Positions 15,021-27,945 of a stretch of DNA of 64,000 nt are shown here, one piece after another. The first letter of the stretch is position 1, and every line of letters starts with the position of its first letter. Where the stretch lies: contig OX597818.1 in assembly GCA_951406725.2 (NCBI GenBank), positions 7,502,001-7,566,000 on the forward strand, written 5' to 3'. This DNA comes from Octopus vulgaris (taxonomy: Eukaryota). The position numbers were made by a program, and so were the translations under genes. The notes below the pieces were generated by a model. That model saw only the letters and a list, made by a program, of their open reading frames with translations, did not search any database and was not told where the DNA came from.

Positions 15021-16560
15021 ACGGCAGAGCGAGAAATTAATTTTTTGTAACTAAACACTTTCAAACTTCGGACACTGGTAGAATGTGTCATATATAACAT
15101 CTTTTACTCTTAGTATTGTTGAGAAAAGTTTGTATTTTCAAAGTTATTTCCTGTTAAAGTTATCGTATTTCGGTAATTTCAACCAATCAATGACGTGTGT
15201 ACATTTCGTTTGTCACTGTTATTTATGACATATTTCATCTCAGTTACGTTTGTATTGTAGGGAAAATGTATATGCGTACGTAAGGAGTTGGTGACAAATG
15301 TCGCCTCTAACATAATAAGATGCCATATACATAATATAACATACAGTGCCAAAAGATATAATGAAGGACGACAAGCCGTTCTACTGTTTGAGAGAGAAGA
15401 CTTTATTTACACAATGTTCAAAGTGAAAGTGTTGTAAGTTCTAGCGTAGTGTTGTGTATGAATGCGTGCGCATAGTATTTATGTCTGTGTGTTCGTATGT
15501 GCGACAGAAGGTACCGACAAAGGTGTATGCATATACAACAGAAATACAGAGCATAAGATAAGTCTGAGCATATTGTGTTTACCAGTTCAAGAGGTACACA
15601 GTAGTAAGTTCTATAACAAGATGCTGGGGGTCTCGAGGCGGAGGCCAGTTGAGGCACTTGTCGTGCAGGCAGCGGTTGGGGCTTCAATGCCGAGCCGAGT
15701 ATCTTGATATAGATAGATGTTCAGGTAGGCTAGCTGTTTTTCCTCGGTGAAAGATTCAAACAAACAGCGTGGGTTAAACCTGTGTAGTTGTTGATGTGTA
15801 CATGTTGAAGTCGATGGAAAAGGAGACGACGATGGTGATGACGGCGGCGGCTATGGAAAACGTTCTGTCTGTCGCTGGTGTATAATAGCGTCTTCATAGC
15901 TGGAGCAGTAGCATGGTTGGCTGGCTGGTCGTCTGTCGCTGGAACTGGAACATGGCTGAGTAGCTCTGTGGTCAGTGGCTAGACCGTAAAAGGTCTGAAA
16001 CCGAAAGACGTAGAATAGTGAAAGCTGGCCTATCTAAAAGGTTAAAATGGTTCAAACAGAGCATCTGAAACACAGTGTCACGAGACCTTATCTAAAGGCC
16101 GTGATTGGTTGGCTTATACACTGGCGCGGAATAAGTCGAGAGACGAACCGCACCAAATGCCAACCAATCAGAGCAGTGGACATAACAGGGTCAAACTAGC
16201 TCAAAGATGGTTGTAACGTCAAACGAGATGATTCCTAATGTGTCTCTCAAACAGTGAGGATATCAATATCGCTACAGTATGAATAAACGTGTATATCTGA
16301 AGCATATTTACTTCATGGCATCACCACAATCATTCGTGCATTTCTACTGCTTTTAGTCTTTTTCCTGTTTTTCAGCTACTATTTTCGGAAAGACTTTCCA
16401 CACTCCCCCTCCAATTTCTTCATATCTCAGTTTTTCCGTAGCCCTAACCGTAAAGCACTAACCCTAACCCTAAAACCTTAACCCTAATCCTAAAACCCTA
16501 AGGCTAAAACGAGTACAAACGCTCGAACGATATACTAACAGTGACAAACGAAATATACAC
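15021..16560. mobile_element. Unclassified repeat with internal inverted repeat and (TAACCC)-like tract, split by a solo LTR
   Basis: gtgtacatttcgtttgtcactgtt (15197-15220) is inverted at 16537-16560; degenerate taaccc repeats at 16441-16502. Confidence 0.5.
15256..16276 (-). mobile_element. Solo LTR (Gypsy-like), 1021 bp
   Basis: Termini TGTAG...CTACA flanked by a perfect 4-bp TSD GTAT (15252-15255 and 16277-16280); AATAAA on the minus strand near 15402; higher GC than the flanks. Confidence 0.85.
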
Positions 16561-17290
16561 CACCGATATTTGTTGTTCCTATTAAGATTGCTTCAAGCAA
16601 CTACATCCTGTTAATCTCAGGGGGCACCAAGCCACTCCTTACTCTCACCACTCGTTTCCCGAGAGAGGTTGGCCGGAGTGTCCATTCCTCTGTTTTCAGT
16701 GTTACAATTGAGTACTTTACTGCCTTCTACAAAGTAGGAAAGCGCACCTCCAGGCAGCTATGCTTTCTTCCTCTGCAGAAAAATTCAATGTCACTTCTTA
16801 TATCTTCCAAGCACTCTTCTATAGCTTCCTTGAAGGTTATTTCTATTTTCTTGCTTGTCAGTGATAGGGTTCTATAAACCACCATGTTTTCCTTTTTACT
16901 TCTTGTTATATCTCCTGGCGGGGTCAATTTTAATCTTGACTTCTCTCTTTGGATTAATTTCTTGCTGTTTCGTGCTGTTTCAAAGTCTATAAGTACTTCT
17001 TTGACTTCCAGTTGGTTCACAGTAGCTGTTATATTCTCTCGACTTAGTACGAAGCGTAATTTGCAACTCTTCCATTGCTCACTGCAATTTTCGCCCCCAC
17101 TGGGGGAGAAAACAAGACAAAAATCAAACAATATAACAATCAATCAAGACGGTTCAACAATTCCAAAAATAGGTAACTCTGCTATGGAGAACCTTAAACA
17201 AAGGACAACTTACGCGAAACGATATTAATTCGACAATACGCAAATCTTCCGGCTTTACACAGTTCCCCGACTCTCTCTGCACATGTCCAT
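16561..17290 (-). mobile_element. L1/Tx1-like ORF1 fragment, truncated at 16560
   Basis: ORF 16727-17143 plus read-through KAVKYSIVTLKTEEWTLRPTSLGKRVVRVRSGLVPPEI aligns with the CCHC-bearing copy at 55201-56370. Confidence 0.7.
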
Positions 17291-17508
17291 TTATATTGTG
17301 GCACAATCTATTAGGAGCCAACCAAATATGCGTGTTCTACTCTCACACAACAGTTTGACAAGTTGCTATTGTTGTACACTGGGTGCGATATATTTGTGTT
17401 GATCCTTCTGCTATTGCAGCTGTGAGAGCTACATGTTGTGATCATGATTAAAATGGGGACAAGAAACTGTGGTAGAGTTCTTTAAACAATGTTCCAACTG
17501 AAATTCTC

Positions 17509-17603
17509 TAAAATAGCCGAAAGATTGTAAAGACTTTTGTAAGTCGTAGATTATATGTGTGTGTGCTTGTCTGTGCGTTTGTGTGTGTGTGTGCTTGTCT
17601 GTG

Positions 17604-17655
<52 letters not shown>

Positions 17656-18800
17656 TGTGTGTATATACACCCTTCATCAAAATATGGAAAAATCGCAGTA
17701 TATCTATCAGTAATTCATCAGATGAACAAACGGGATGAAAATGAAAACCATATTGAGAGATATCCAAGCAGCAGAAACATATGACGGACAAATTTAAATT
17801 AAATATACTGTATAATTGATTCTAGATAAAAAAAAATGTGTAAATATATTATTCATTGAATTGCTTAACACACACATATATGTATATCGAGACAATGGTC
17901 TAGTACACATGTTCCTGGTTACACTGGCTGCTGTACGTGACTATAGCTTTGAACTGGTTGATCACCTTCCATTAATCTCCTGGTTTGTCCCCATCTGACA
18001 AACATGTGTTCCTCAACACTTCGGTAACCAGTATATAACAATGATGATGACATCATATCTTTTGTTGTGAACTTTTTCAGTAGTCGGATGGAAGCACTTG
18101 ACCAATAGGGTCCAAGCACGGCAGAAGTGTGTATACCGCAAGTGTGGGGGCTGTGTCGAAAAACAAGCCTCATTTGATCATCACATTCCATGACATAAGT
18201 CGCTCAGCCTATGAACTTTCAGCCGACCCTCGCATAGGTATCGAACACATATATGTACACACATGCATGCGCTCGCACCCACGCACGCACAGATACACGC
18301 ACACATGGATACATTTGGAGAACGTAGTTAGATAATGAAGTAAACCAAGAAGACCGATTGACAAGCTAGAAATTTGAAGGGGAAGAATATAAAAAACAAA
18401 ATGTTCAAGTTTATGAATAATAAATAGAAGTACGTAAAGGATGCTGCAAAATATGATTTAATAAGGTGAAATGTGTCGTGCAATATAGAATAATAAAAGA
18501 ATGGAGAAATGAAGGAAGGAGCAATCTATACTAGATGATAGAGGAGGTGAAGAAAATAGAAGAAGGTAAAGGACAAAATGAAGCCTCTTGGTGTACTTAA
18601 AATGTATGAATTTACCAATAAATCAATTCTAATGACGATTCATACACAACACTTTTATCAAGCTGAGGGAAAGACAGAATTATTGATAGATATACTGCGA
18701 TTTTTCCCTATTTTGATGAAGAGTCTAAACACACACAAACACACACACACACATATAATCTACGACTTACAAAGGTCTTTACAATCTCTCGGCTATTTTA
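17509..18800. repeat. Inverted repeat pair (17509-17716 and 18677-18800)
   Basis: aaatagccgaaagattgtaaagac...gcagtatatctatcagtaattc recurs reverse-complemented; the internal (GT)n differs in length. Confidence 0.85.
17888..18234 (+). mobile_element. Second, strongly decayed mariner 3' fragment
   Basis: RDNGLVH..TLAAVRDYSFELVDHLP followed by a decayed YSPDLAPSD-like sequence; ITR-like cctatgaactttcagccgaccctcg. Confidence 0.75.
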
Positions 18801-19399
18801 GCTGTTGTATGAAGAAAGTGTGAGATGCGAGATGAGTTGCACTGAACATGAACAAGAGGGATAAGAGAGAGTTAAGTGAAAGATTCTAAATTTGGAAATT
18901 TCCAAGCAGTGGGAGGGTCATCGTAAAAGACGAAAATATATGACGATGTACACTGAATGCACACGTACATATATACATAGGTACATGCACGCACGGACAC
19001 AGACACAGGCACACAAACAGACACCCGCACGTACTCACACACATACACACGAACACTCATACACATAAGTAAATTTAAAACACTGAGGGATGGAAAGAAA
19101 TATGGGGATGAGGAATACTCATCTTTAAGGAGATAGGTTGTTGGTAAGTTGACAAGACTTGTTCGCATGCTGCGTTTTTGCTGTTTATCACAAAGAAACA
19201 CGCACATGCATAATCACGTGCACATACACACCGACACAGATACACACACACATACATAATACATACCTACATAATACATACATACATAATACATACATAC
19301 ATACAGACAGACAGGCAGGCAGACAGACACATACAAACATCCGTCTACTATATAATGTGTCTATGCGTTTGCATATGTGTGAGCCAATCTTAATACAGT

Positions 19400-19916
19400 C
19401 TGTCTATCTACCTCTAAAGATTCTGGGCTGCTGTCAGAAGCTTTAAAATTTTAAAAATGAAGTGAATGTATTCAAATTTGCTATACTGATGTAATTTTTC
19501 ACGCTCAATCCGATTTCCTTATTTGTTCTACAAAAAAGTTCTAGGAAAATGTTACAGAGGATTACAGTTTGATAATTTTTACTAATCAAAAACAGGATGT
19601 GGAAGCTAGCATTTTCTTGGTGGTAGCTGTCTATCCACAAAATATTTATCATAATACGACGAAGAAAGTTGTAAGAAGTTCTGAAGTTTTAATAAGTATT
19701 AATGCATAAGATCATGTGAAACGGTCGAACAGGCATGTAAATATTTAAAAAAGGAAAAATTCCTTCATGAATAATTTCTGCGAAAATTTTGACAAATCCG
19801 TCCTGTTTAAGAGGCCAATCCATTGGGGGAAGACATAGTTTGATAAGGAAAACAAAATAAAAAATTACTTAAATATATTTCGAAAGCTGCTCGGTAACGA
19901 CGGGCTACTCAGCTAG
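19400..19916 (+). mobile_element. Non-autonomous Helitron-like element (3' end clear, 5' end approximate)
   Basis: Hairpin ctcg-gtaacga-cggg followed 8 nt later by CTAG (19913-19916). Confidence 0.55.
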
Positions 19917-20460
19917 AGAGTGTGTATATATATATATGTGTGCGTGTGTATTCTTTACTATGCATGCCAATATTTAGACGACGAGGGAGAGGAAGAAACG
20001 TACGCTTGATATTGATGAACGCAAATCAATAGAAATGACAATAGAAATAAAATGAAAGAAGCTGAAACATTTTTTGAAATGTATTATAAAATATTTTGCT
20101 TTCTTGGATCTTTGGATAACAAACACATATCTTCTTTATCAACGGTGCATTCATTCGTGTACATGTATTTACACTTTCACACTCTTACATGGCTCCACGT
20201 AATCTCACATCTATCTATCTATCTCACTCCCTATATACATATATGTGTGTGTGTTCATGGATACATACAATTAACTGCATATACGCTGTTACATTTATAT
20301 AACTATGTATGTATGCACGTACGCACGACCACATTTCGATAAACTGATGAATATATGAAAAGCATAGATGGAGAGGATACTGGCAAACCAAAACTCATAA
20401 AAGTGAAGAAATGCATAATTAAAAATTGAAAGATTATTTCTGACATCATCTGACAAATAT

Positions 20461-20651
20461 TCTTTTCTACTCTAGATACAAGGCCCGAAATTTTGGAGAA
20501 GAGGTGCAGTCGATTAGATCAATCCCAGTACCCAACTGGTACTTAATTTATCGGCCCCGAAAGGATGACAGGCAAAGTCGACGTGGGTGGAATTTGAACT
20601 CAGAATTTGAAATACTGCTAAGCATTTCGCCCGCGTGCTAACGTTTTTGCC
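20461..20651 (-). mobile_element. tRNA-derived SINE family B
   Basis: B-box gagttcaaattcc and central cctttcggggccgataaattaagtaccag on the minus strand; homologous to 39097 and 60367. Confidence 0.85.
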
Positions 20652-21049
20652 TTACATCATATAATCAATATTAAAAAATACCTCATAAATTTTCTCACAT
20701 TGGTAACCTTTATATTTATTTTGAAGAAATAGTTTAAGTGTTGTAATACTAAACCTAGTATTACAACGTTCATGGCAAAACATTGTAAATTAAAATAAAT
20801 TGTTAGAACTACTTCTTTTGAAGCGAAATAAAGGAAAAGTAATGATCAACTTTTACTCGAGTATTATGTGAGCAGATAGCGAAATATTTGGAAGAATGGG
20901 ATAAAGGGTCGGTGGAAGAATTAAGGAAACCGAAATACAAAATAGGTGTACGTTAGAGCGCGAAGATTAATGATATAATGTGATAAAATTAGTCCTATAT
21001 TATAAAAACGGAACATTTATACGATACCACTAAGATGATGTCATTTTTA

Positions 21050-21970
21050 TTTTCGAACGTGGAAACACCGTTAGATTAGTAGCAATATAGGGTAAATTGC
21101 CCTTAGAAAGAGGAAAAAAAGAATGTCATAAAACAGCCATTGGTCTCGGACCCACATCTCTCAAATACCCCGGCTGAGTGCTTTATCATTAAGCTAATCT
21201 GCTCGCTGACAAATTTTATCCGCAAATCTGGACGCTATAAAGCTAAATGCACAACTAATTGTATATAGATATAAAGAAACAGTCATGGATATGATGTACG
21301 AAGCCTACTTCCCAACCACACGGTTTCAGGTTTAGTCCCATTGCGTGGTACCTTGGGTAAGTGTCTTTTACTATAGCCTCGGGCCGATCAACGCCTTGTG
21401 AGAAGACTTGGTAGACGAAACCTAAAAGAAACCAGTCGCACACACATATATATATTTATGTATATATCTATGCATCTACGTCTTTGTGTCCATATTTGAC
21501 CTCCCCCCATTAACACTTGGCAACCAATGTTGGTGTATTTATATTCCCAAAAGCGAGCAGTTCGGCAAAAGTAACCGATAGAATAAGAACTACGCTTACA
21601 AAGAAAAAAACCTGGGATCGATTTCTTCGGCTAAAACCCTCTAAGGCGGTGCTTTTACTTGTTTCAAGCGACTGAAACTAGTAAAATAACAAACAGTTAT
21701 GCTTTTTAAGCGTCGAAAGGGGTATTGTACCATACAAATTACATACTTATAATTTTTCGAACGCAGAAACACCGCTAGAAGAGCAGAAACTTTTGGTAAA
21801 TTACCCTAACAAAGCGGAAATGTTTGTTAACGAACAGGTATGGGACACGAACCCACGTACACCAAAAACTCCATTTGAGCACTTTACTCAGTTGCAAAGT
21901 TGATTAAGTGGTGTTGCAAATTTGGTGGAAAACAATTGGATACTCTTCAAGTTACGGGCCTTAACGCTGC
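21050..21970 (-). repeat. Two diverged tandem units, each with a tRNA-like segment, separated by a SINE
   Basis: ttttcgaacg..gaaacaccg.taga..ggtaaatt.ccct at about 21051 and 21754. Minus-strand A/B box-like tagcttaatgataaagcactc..gtgggtccgagacc and ..gtgggttcgtgtccca. Confidence 0.55.
21281..21690 (+). mobile_element. SINE family A, diverged
   Basis: Homology to 10701-11194 (cccaaccac..gtcccattgcgtgg..tactatagcctcgggccga..gactgaaac). Confidence 0.85.
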
Positions 21971-22161
21971 GAAGATTCTTAACAAATGCAGTTTGTCTGC
22001 CCTTGCGCCCGCATTATTGAAGAATTTGAAACTTTTTTCGGCCCATGACACTCCATCGACTCTATATAATGCATGTGTAAAATATCAATAAAATCGTTTG
22101 GGTGGATCTCGAGTTTAAGGACATCACAAACATACGAGACAGACACACAGCTTGTGTTTTA

Positions 22162-22480
<319 letters not shown>

Positions 22481-25394
22481 GTTTTATTCCTTACACCCTA
22501 CTGCTGTGTTGTTTTTTTTTTACTTTGGCATTATTTAAAACCACTACCGCATTAAAAGTGTCCTCCAGTATACAGAATAGTTTTGAAATACTGCAATAGA
22601 TGAAGCTTTCATTTGTAGGAATTTCAGCTACTGCAATGTGTATCTATCGTTGTTCAAATGAATACCAGCAATATGCATTTTTTTCCGATTTAAAATTCTA
22701 TTGCAAATTGCGTGGCCTTTTGCCAAATTGATAAATCATTATTGCCTTGTGAATGACCTTTTGATATAAATGTTAAACTACTTTATTCTTCTACTATTTT
22801 TGAACCACCTCATAGCTGTGCATTGGGGTATACTGTGTGAGTGTCTACGTATATGTATCTCTGTCTGTCTCACTCACTCTCTCTGTCTCTCTGGAAATAT
22901 TTATATATATCATTTAATCATATGTGTATTTGCGTGTTTGTGTGTGTGAGAATGTGTCTAAATCTACTACAGTGCGATATGATGGAGACATGACATGTGT
23001 AAGAATGTGAGTTAACATTACATTCTGCTCTTTACACTTTTGAACATTTTGTGTGCTATATAATATCACGATTTGCCTCTTTCCACTAAAAATTCTAGAT
23101 GTCGGTTGAATATTGTTATAATATTTGGTGTTTCCTTTTGTTGACACGAAGAGACATGAAATTAAAATAAATGCTTTGTAATTGCAGCGGTTTTCAGACT
23201 CCGTCACAGAACTTTCTCTTTAAGGCCATATTGTGTCCTAATGAACGTCATTCCCAACTCATTTAATTTCCGACAACACTTCATTTGAATGGCCTCGAAA
23301 ATTACTATATTTCATCTCATTAGATGTTTATTCTATGGGCAATGCCTTAAACAAAACTGTCTTTCAAATGAAGCCAAAAACATTTAATTATCTTTATGAT
23401 TACCAAAGTTGAAAATGAAGTAGTTAAACGGCGTAGATATTTTTGCGGATGCTAACTCTACTACTACTACTGCTGTTGCTATTGCTTATAATGATGATGA
23501 TTCTTCTGCTGTTCAGCTTCTGCAGCATCTACGTTTTCGAGTTTAATGCTTCTTAACCTAATTAAGTTAATATTTCGACGGAGCAATGGCATTTCTTTGA
23601 GTAGAGAAGAGAAAGAGAGCAGTTGTGATGCTCATACATTTTCATGTGTTGTTACTCCAGCTGAATATCGATATTTTTCGAATTATAGTTTCAAGGCATC
23701 AGATTTGTTATCTTTTGTATATTGTTGCTATTACCAAAAAAACCTTTCCTCAGACATCAGTGCTGGAACCTTTTATTTTACTGGTACATTCTTTCATTGT
23801 CCATGGAATGACGTATGCAAACCAATTTTCGGTGTAATTTGAGCTCAGAATAAAAATGCTGTATTCTATAACATTTTCCTAGCGCTTTAAGTATTCTGCG
23901 GATCCTGCTTGTCACTAAATATAATGTCATTTTATGGCGGTCGGTATGTTATCAGCGTAGCTACCCAAGAACACACACACACTCACACACACATACACAC
24001 ATACGCACACATAGATACAGACACATGCACACACACATACACACACATACACACACGTACATACACACACGTACATACACACACGCACATACACGCAAAG
24101 CCATACACACACGCATACATACATGCGCCTACATATAGATGTGTGTGTATGGTTGTGTACTCGATAGCAGCTGCATAAAATGAATAGAATAAAAGTATAA
24201 TCACAGATGGTAAGATATGATAACGTGATTCGTCATACCCTATTTTCAAATTTCTAATTTTAATTTTCACACTAATCAGGAAGAGGGGAAAATCTGTAGA
24301 AGAGTAGACAAAATCCCAACAGTTACGAATAGGAAAAAAAATTGTTTTGATTTCAAATACTCCTCAGTGATAAAATAATACAAGTTAAATTCTTTCACGA
24401 AATATAATAGATTCTTGCTTTGCACCAGAATAATTGATAAGTTACAAATCATAATTATATTTACACATGCAGTAGCCGGAAATTACGAATTTCACTATGT
24501 AATCGGAAGGATCCAGGTTTGATCCCACCGCCTGGTAACATGAGCATCTATTCTTTACTATCAGCTTGAGTCGAGCCACGTCTTGTGGAAGTTTACCCCA
24601 CCCAATACAACACCAAGCTTACACGCGTCAGTGGAAAACTCAGCGACTCATAAAATAAATTATATCGTGCAGGTACAGAGGAGATTATTTACTGAGGTGT
24701 TCGTTCAATTCTCGGATGTGTCAGGTGTTTTAGGTGAAATAATTCCTTCTAACCCGTTATCAAAATTGGATTTTTGTATTGTCTGGTTATTTCCAGAGCA
24801 ATGATAGTAGACATAATGCATACACCTCTATTTTTGAACCAGTTGGCTTGGTATTAATTAATTCGCAATATTTGTTGGAAATCTAACATTTGAGATTTGA
24901 AGAGGTCTTCATATAAACAGCACACCAATAATAAACGAAAAGAACATAGGACTTAATTTGGTGTTCCGTTATAACATTTGTCACATATATTTTAGTAATT
25001 CTGTAACAAAATATTTCCCACTAAAAATTCAAAACATATTTGCAACCAATATGTGCCTCATACATAATCAAAATTTTTCATCTATGAACACAACAGTGAA
25101 TATTGAAAAGTTCCTCGACTTGGGTAAAAAAGAAGACAGGAGGATCAGTTAATTATAGTTTTATTCAAAATATTCCCATCTCAGAAACACACACACACAC
25201 TTATTGCAGCAGTCCTTCAGTTTTTCTTAGCAGAACTCGAAAGATTGGGCCTCCAGCCAGGCGTTTCGCGATACGCTTAAAACCAGGAACTTTTCAGCAC
25301 TTCTTTGTATATATCTTTTAGCATTTACCTTTTCTTGTATAAGTCATTAGGCTACGGCCATGCTGGAGCACCGATATATGTATACACACGCGTA

Positions 25395-25435
<41 letters not shown>

Positions 25436-25436
<1 letters not shown>

Positions 25437-25688
25437 AGGCGCAGGATTGGCTATGTGGTAAGAAGCTTGTTTCCAAATCATATGGTTCTTGGTTTAGTCC
25501 CACTGTGTGGCATTTTGGGCAAGTGTCTTCTACTATAGCCTCGGGCCCACCAAAGCCTTGTTAATGGAATTGGTAGACGGAAACCGAAAGAAGCCCGTCG
25601 TGTATATACATATGTGTGTGTATATATATGGGTGTGTGCGTGTGGATATATGTATTTGTGTGTCTGTGTTAGTTCCCCACCATCGCTT
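25436..25688 (+). mobile_element. SINE family A, 5' half
   Basis: Head taggcgcaggattggctatgtggtaagaagcttg with body matching the other copies. Confidence 0.88.
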
Positions 25689-25758
25689 ATATATATATAA
25701 GTTGAACAAAGTTAAAACATAATCTGGTTTTCACGTTTGTTATTATAATATTTTAGCC

Positions 25759-25796
25759 AAATTAACTCTTTCATACATAGTGTACTCATCAGATTT
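25759..25796 (-). ncRNA. Degenerate minimal type I hammerhead motif in an inverted-repeat element
   Basis: aaat CTGATGA gtac-actat-gtat GAA agagtt a attt. The inverted partner near 26110-26140 keeps the palindromic helix III (GAA agcgct a attt) but has lost the core. Confidence 0.55.
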
Positions 25797-26340
25797 CAAA
25801 TTTGTTTATTTTTGAGTTGAGTTCTTGACAACATCAGTATTTCTTAGAACGCGCCAACCAATTGAATTTTCAGAATACCCTTTTGATCATTCCGCATGCT
25901 CTTAAACAAATTTCCAGGCGTACCGATATTCTGTAAGGTTTATATTTATTAATCTACATCATTAACTGGTTGTTATATTATTGCTCTTAATTCCGTTCAG
26001 AAGAAGTTTGAACATTTTAATGATCCATTTTTCTGTAAACATTCTTCCAACCTCGCTTGTATCATATAGCTGGAGGAAAGGAAAACTTTTCTGACCACCT
26101 GTCTCTAGGTGTTCACTAAATGTATGAAAGCGCTAATTTTGCAATAATACTATAAAAAAAGCATAAACACCAGACTGTTTTAACTTTACACAACTTATAT
26201 ATTATTCTATACACATTTACACAAACTCGAAACAATATATATATATATATATATATATATGTTTGTACATATGTATATATACCTAATAAATCTCTGAACT
26301 CGGTATAAAAAGTAGCTGCATGACAATGTGAAGTATATTG

Positions 26341-27107
26341 GTTAACCACTAAGAGTGGATGCTACTGTAGCTTGTTGCCCCAGAAGAACATTTTCTCCCC
26401 CTGGCTATTGACACACATTCTGTGTCCTATCAGTATTTGCAAACGGAAGCCATCCTTCCCATCGTCGACCTGGCGTGATATGCACGGAGCCAGGTTTTTT
26501 GGGTAATTACCCGTCGTCAGCGCACAACAATCACCGGTCTTTGATGCGAAGGGGTTCCAATGCAAATACATATATCCTTTTTCCTGGCACTTGTTCTCAT
26601 CTTCTGATCTTCTATTATAACTATCTACCACTCTCTCGATACTTCTATTTGTTTCTCTATACATACACACACATACAAACACATAAACACACACACACAC
26701 ACAAACACATACATACACACACACATGAACACACACAAAAGGAAGCGTTGTCAAATGAAATGGAAAATAGAAAATTAAAAATGACCAGTTTGAACGCGGT
26801 CACGTGAGAACATGGAAGAAAGAGAAAGAAAAAAGAAAGGCAGGGAGCAAGGAATCAAAGAGAGAGGGATATATATATATATTTGCATTGGGACCCCTTC
26901 GCATCGAAGACCGGTGATTGTCGTGCGCTAACGATGGATAAATACATAGAAACCCGGGTCCGTGCGTATCACGTCAAGTCGACGATTGGAAGGATGGCTT
27001 CCCTTTGCAAATACTGATAGGACACAGAAAGTGTTTCAATTGTTAGCCGGAGAAGATGTTCTCCTGGGGCTACAAGCTACAGTAGCATCCACTCTTAGTG
27101 GTTAGCC
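26341..27107. repeat. Inverted repeat with about 228-bp arms (26341-26568 and 26880-27107)
   Basis: ccactaagagtggatgctactgtagcttg...tgcgaaggggttccaatgcaaata is mirrored after a spacer of about 310 bp. Confidence 0.92.
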
Positions 27108-27439
27108 ACATTTAAGTGACAAATATACTTCACACACACGCACACACACACATATATATATACACGCATATATATATATACATATATATATATACCCCCC
27201 ACACACACACGTGTCATCATTGCACACATACACACACACGCACACCCGCAGACCTTCACGCACGCACACACCTACACACATTCCTTGTCCTTACCATACT
27301 GTCTTTGAAACTCTCCTGTCTCTAAAAAACTTGATTCGTCTACCTTTCAACTTCCGTTCTTTCAACATGTAACCTCGTGAGCACCGCCAGCAATGTTTTT
27401 TCCTCTGTCTTCCCTTCTCGGGATCTTTCCTTATCCTTT

Positions 27440-27474
27440 GTTTCCGACGAAGAGCTCCGCTCGAAACGTTAAAC
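27440..27474 (+). ncRNA. Minimal type I hammerhead motif (U4C variant)
   Basis: gttt CCGACGA a gagc-tcc-gctc GAA acgt t aaac: stem I gttt/aaac, stem II, palindromic helix III. Confidence 0.65.
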
Positions 27475-27571
27475 TCTCCTTCTTCCCTTCTTTCCTGAGC
27501 GTCCAATAATACTTTATTTGTTCCACGTCCTTGCGTTGCTGTGTTTTTTTGTGTTTTCTTGTTTGGATTAA

Positions 27572-27945
<374 letters not shown>

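Noticed and set aside
14195-16276. Gypsy pol and the LTR as one provirus
   Set aside because: The LTR has the same TSD on both sides, so it is a solo LTR, and unrelated sequence separates it from the pol fragment.
16441-16502. Telomere
   Set aside because: Short, degenerate, interstitial and embedded in a dispersed repeat.
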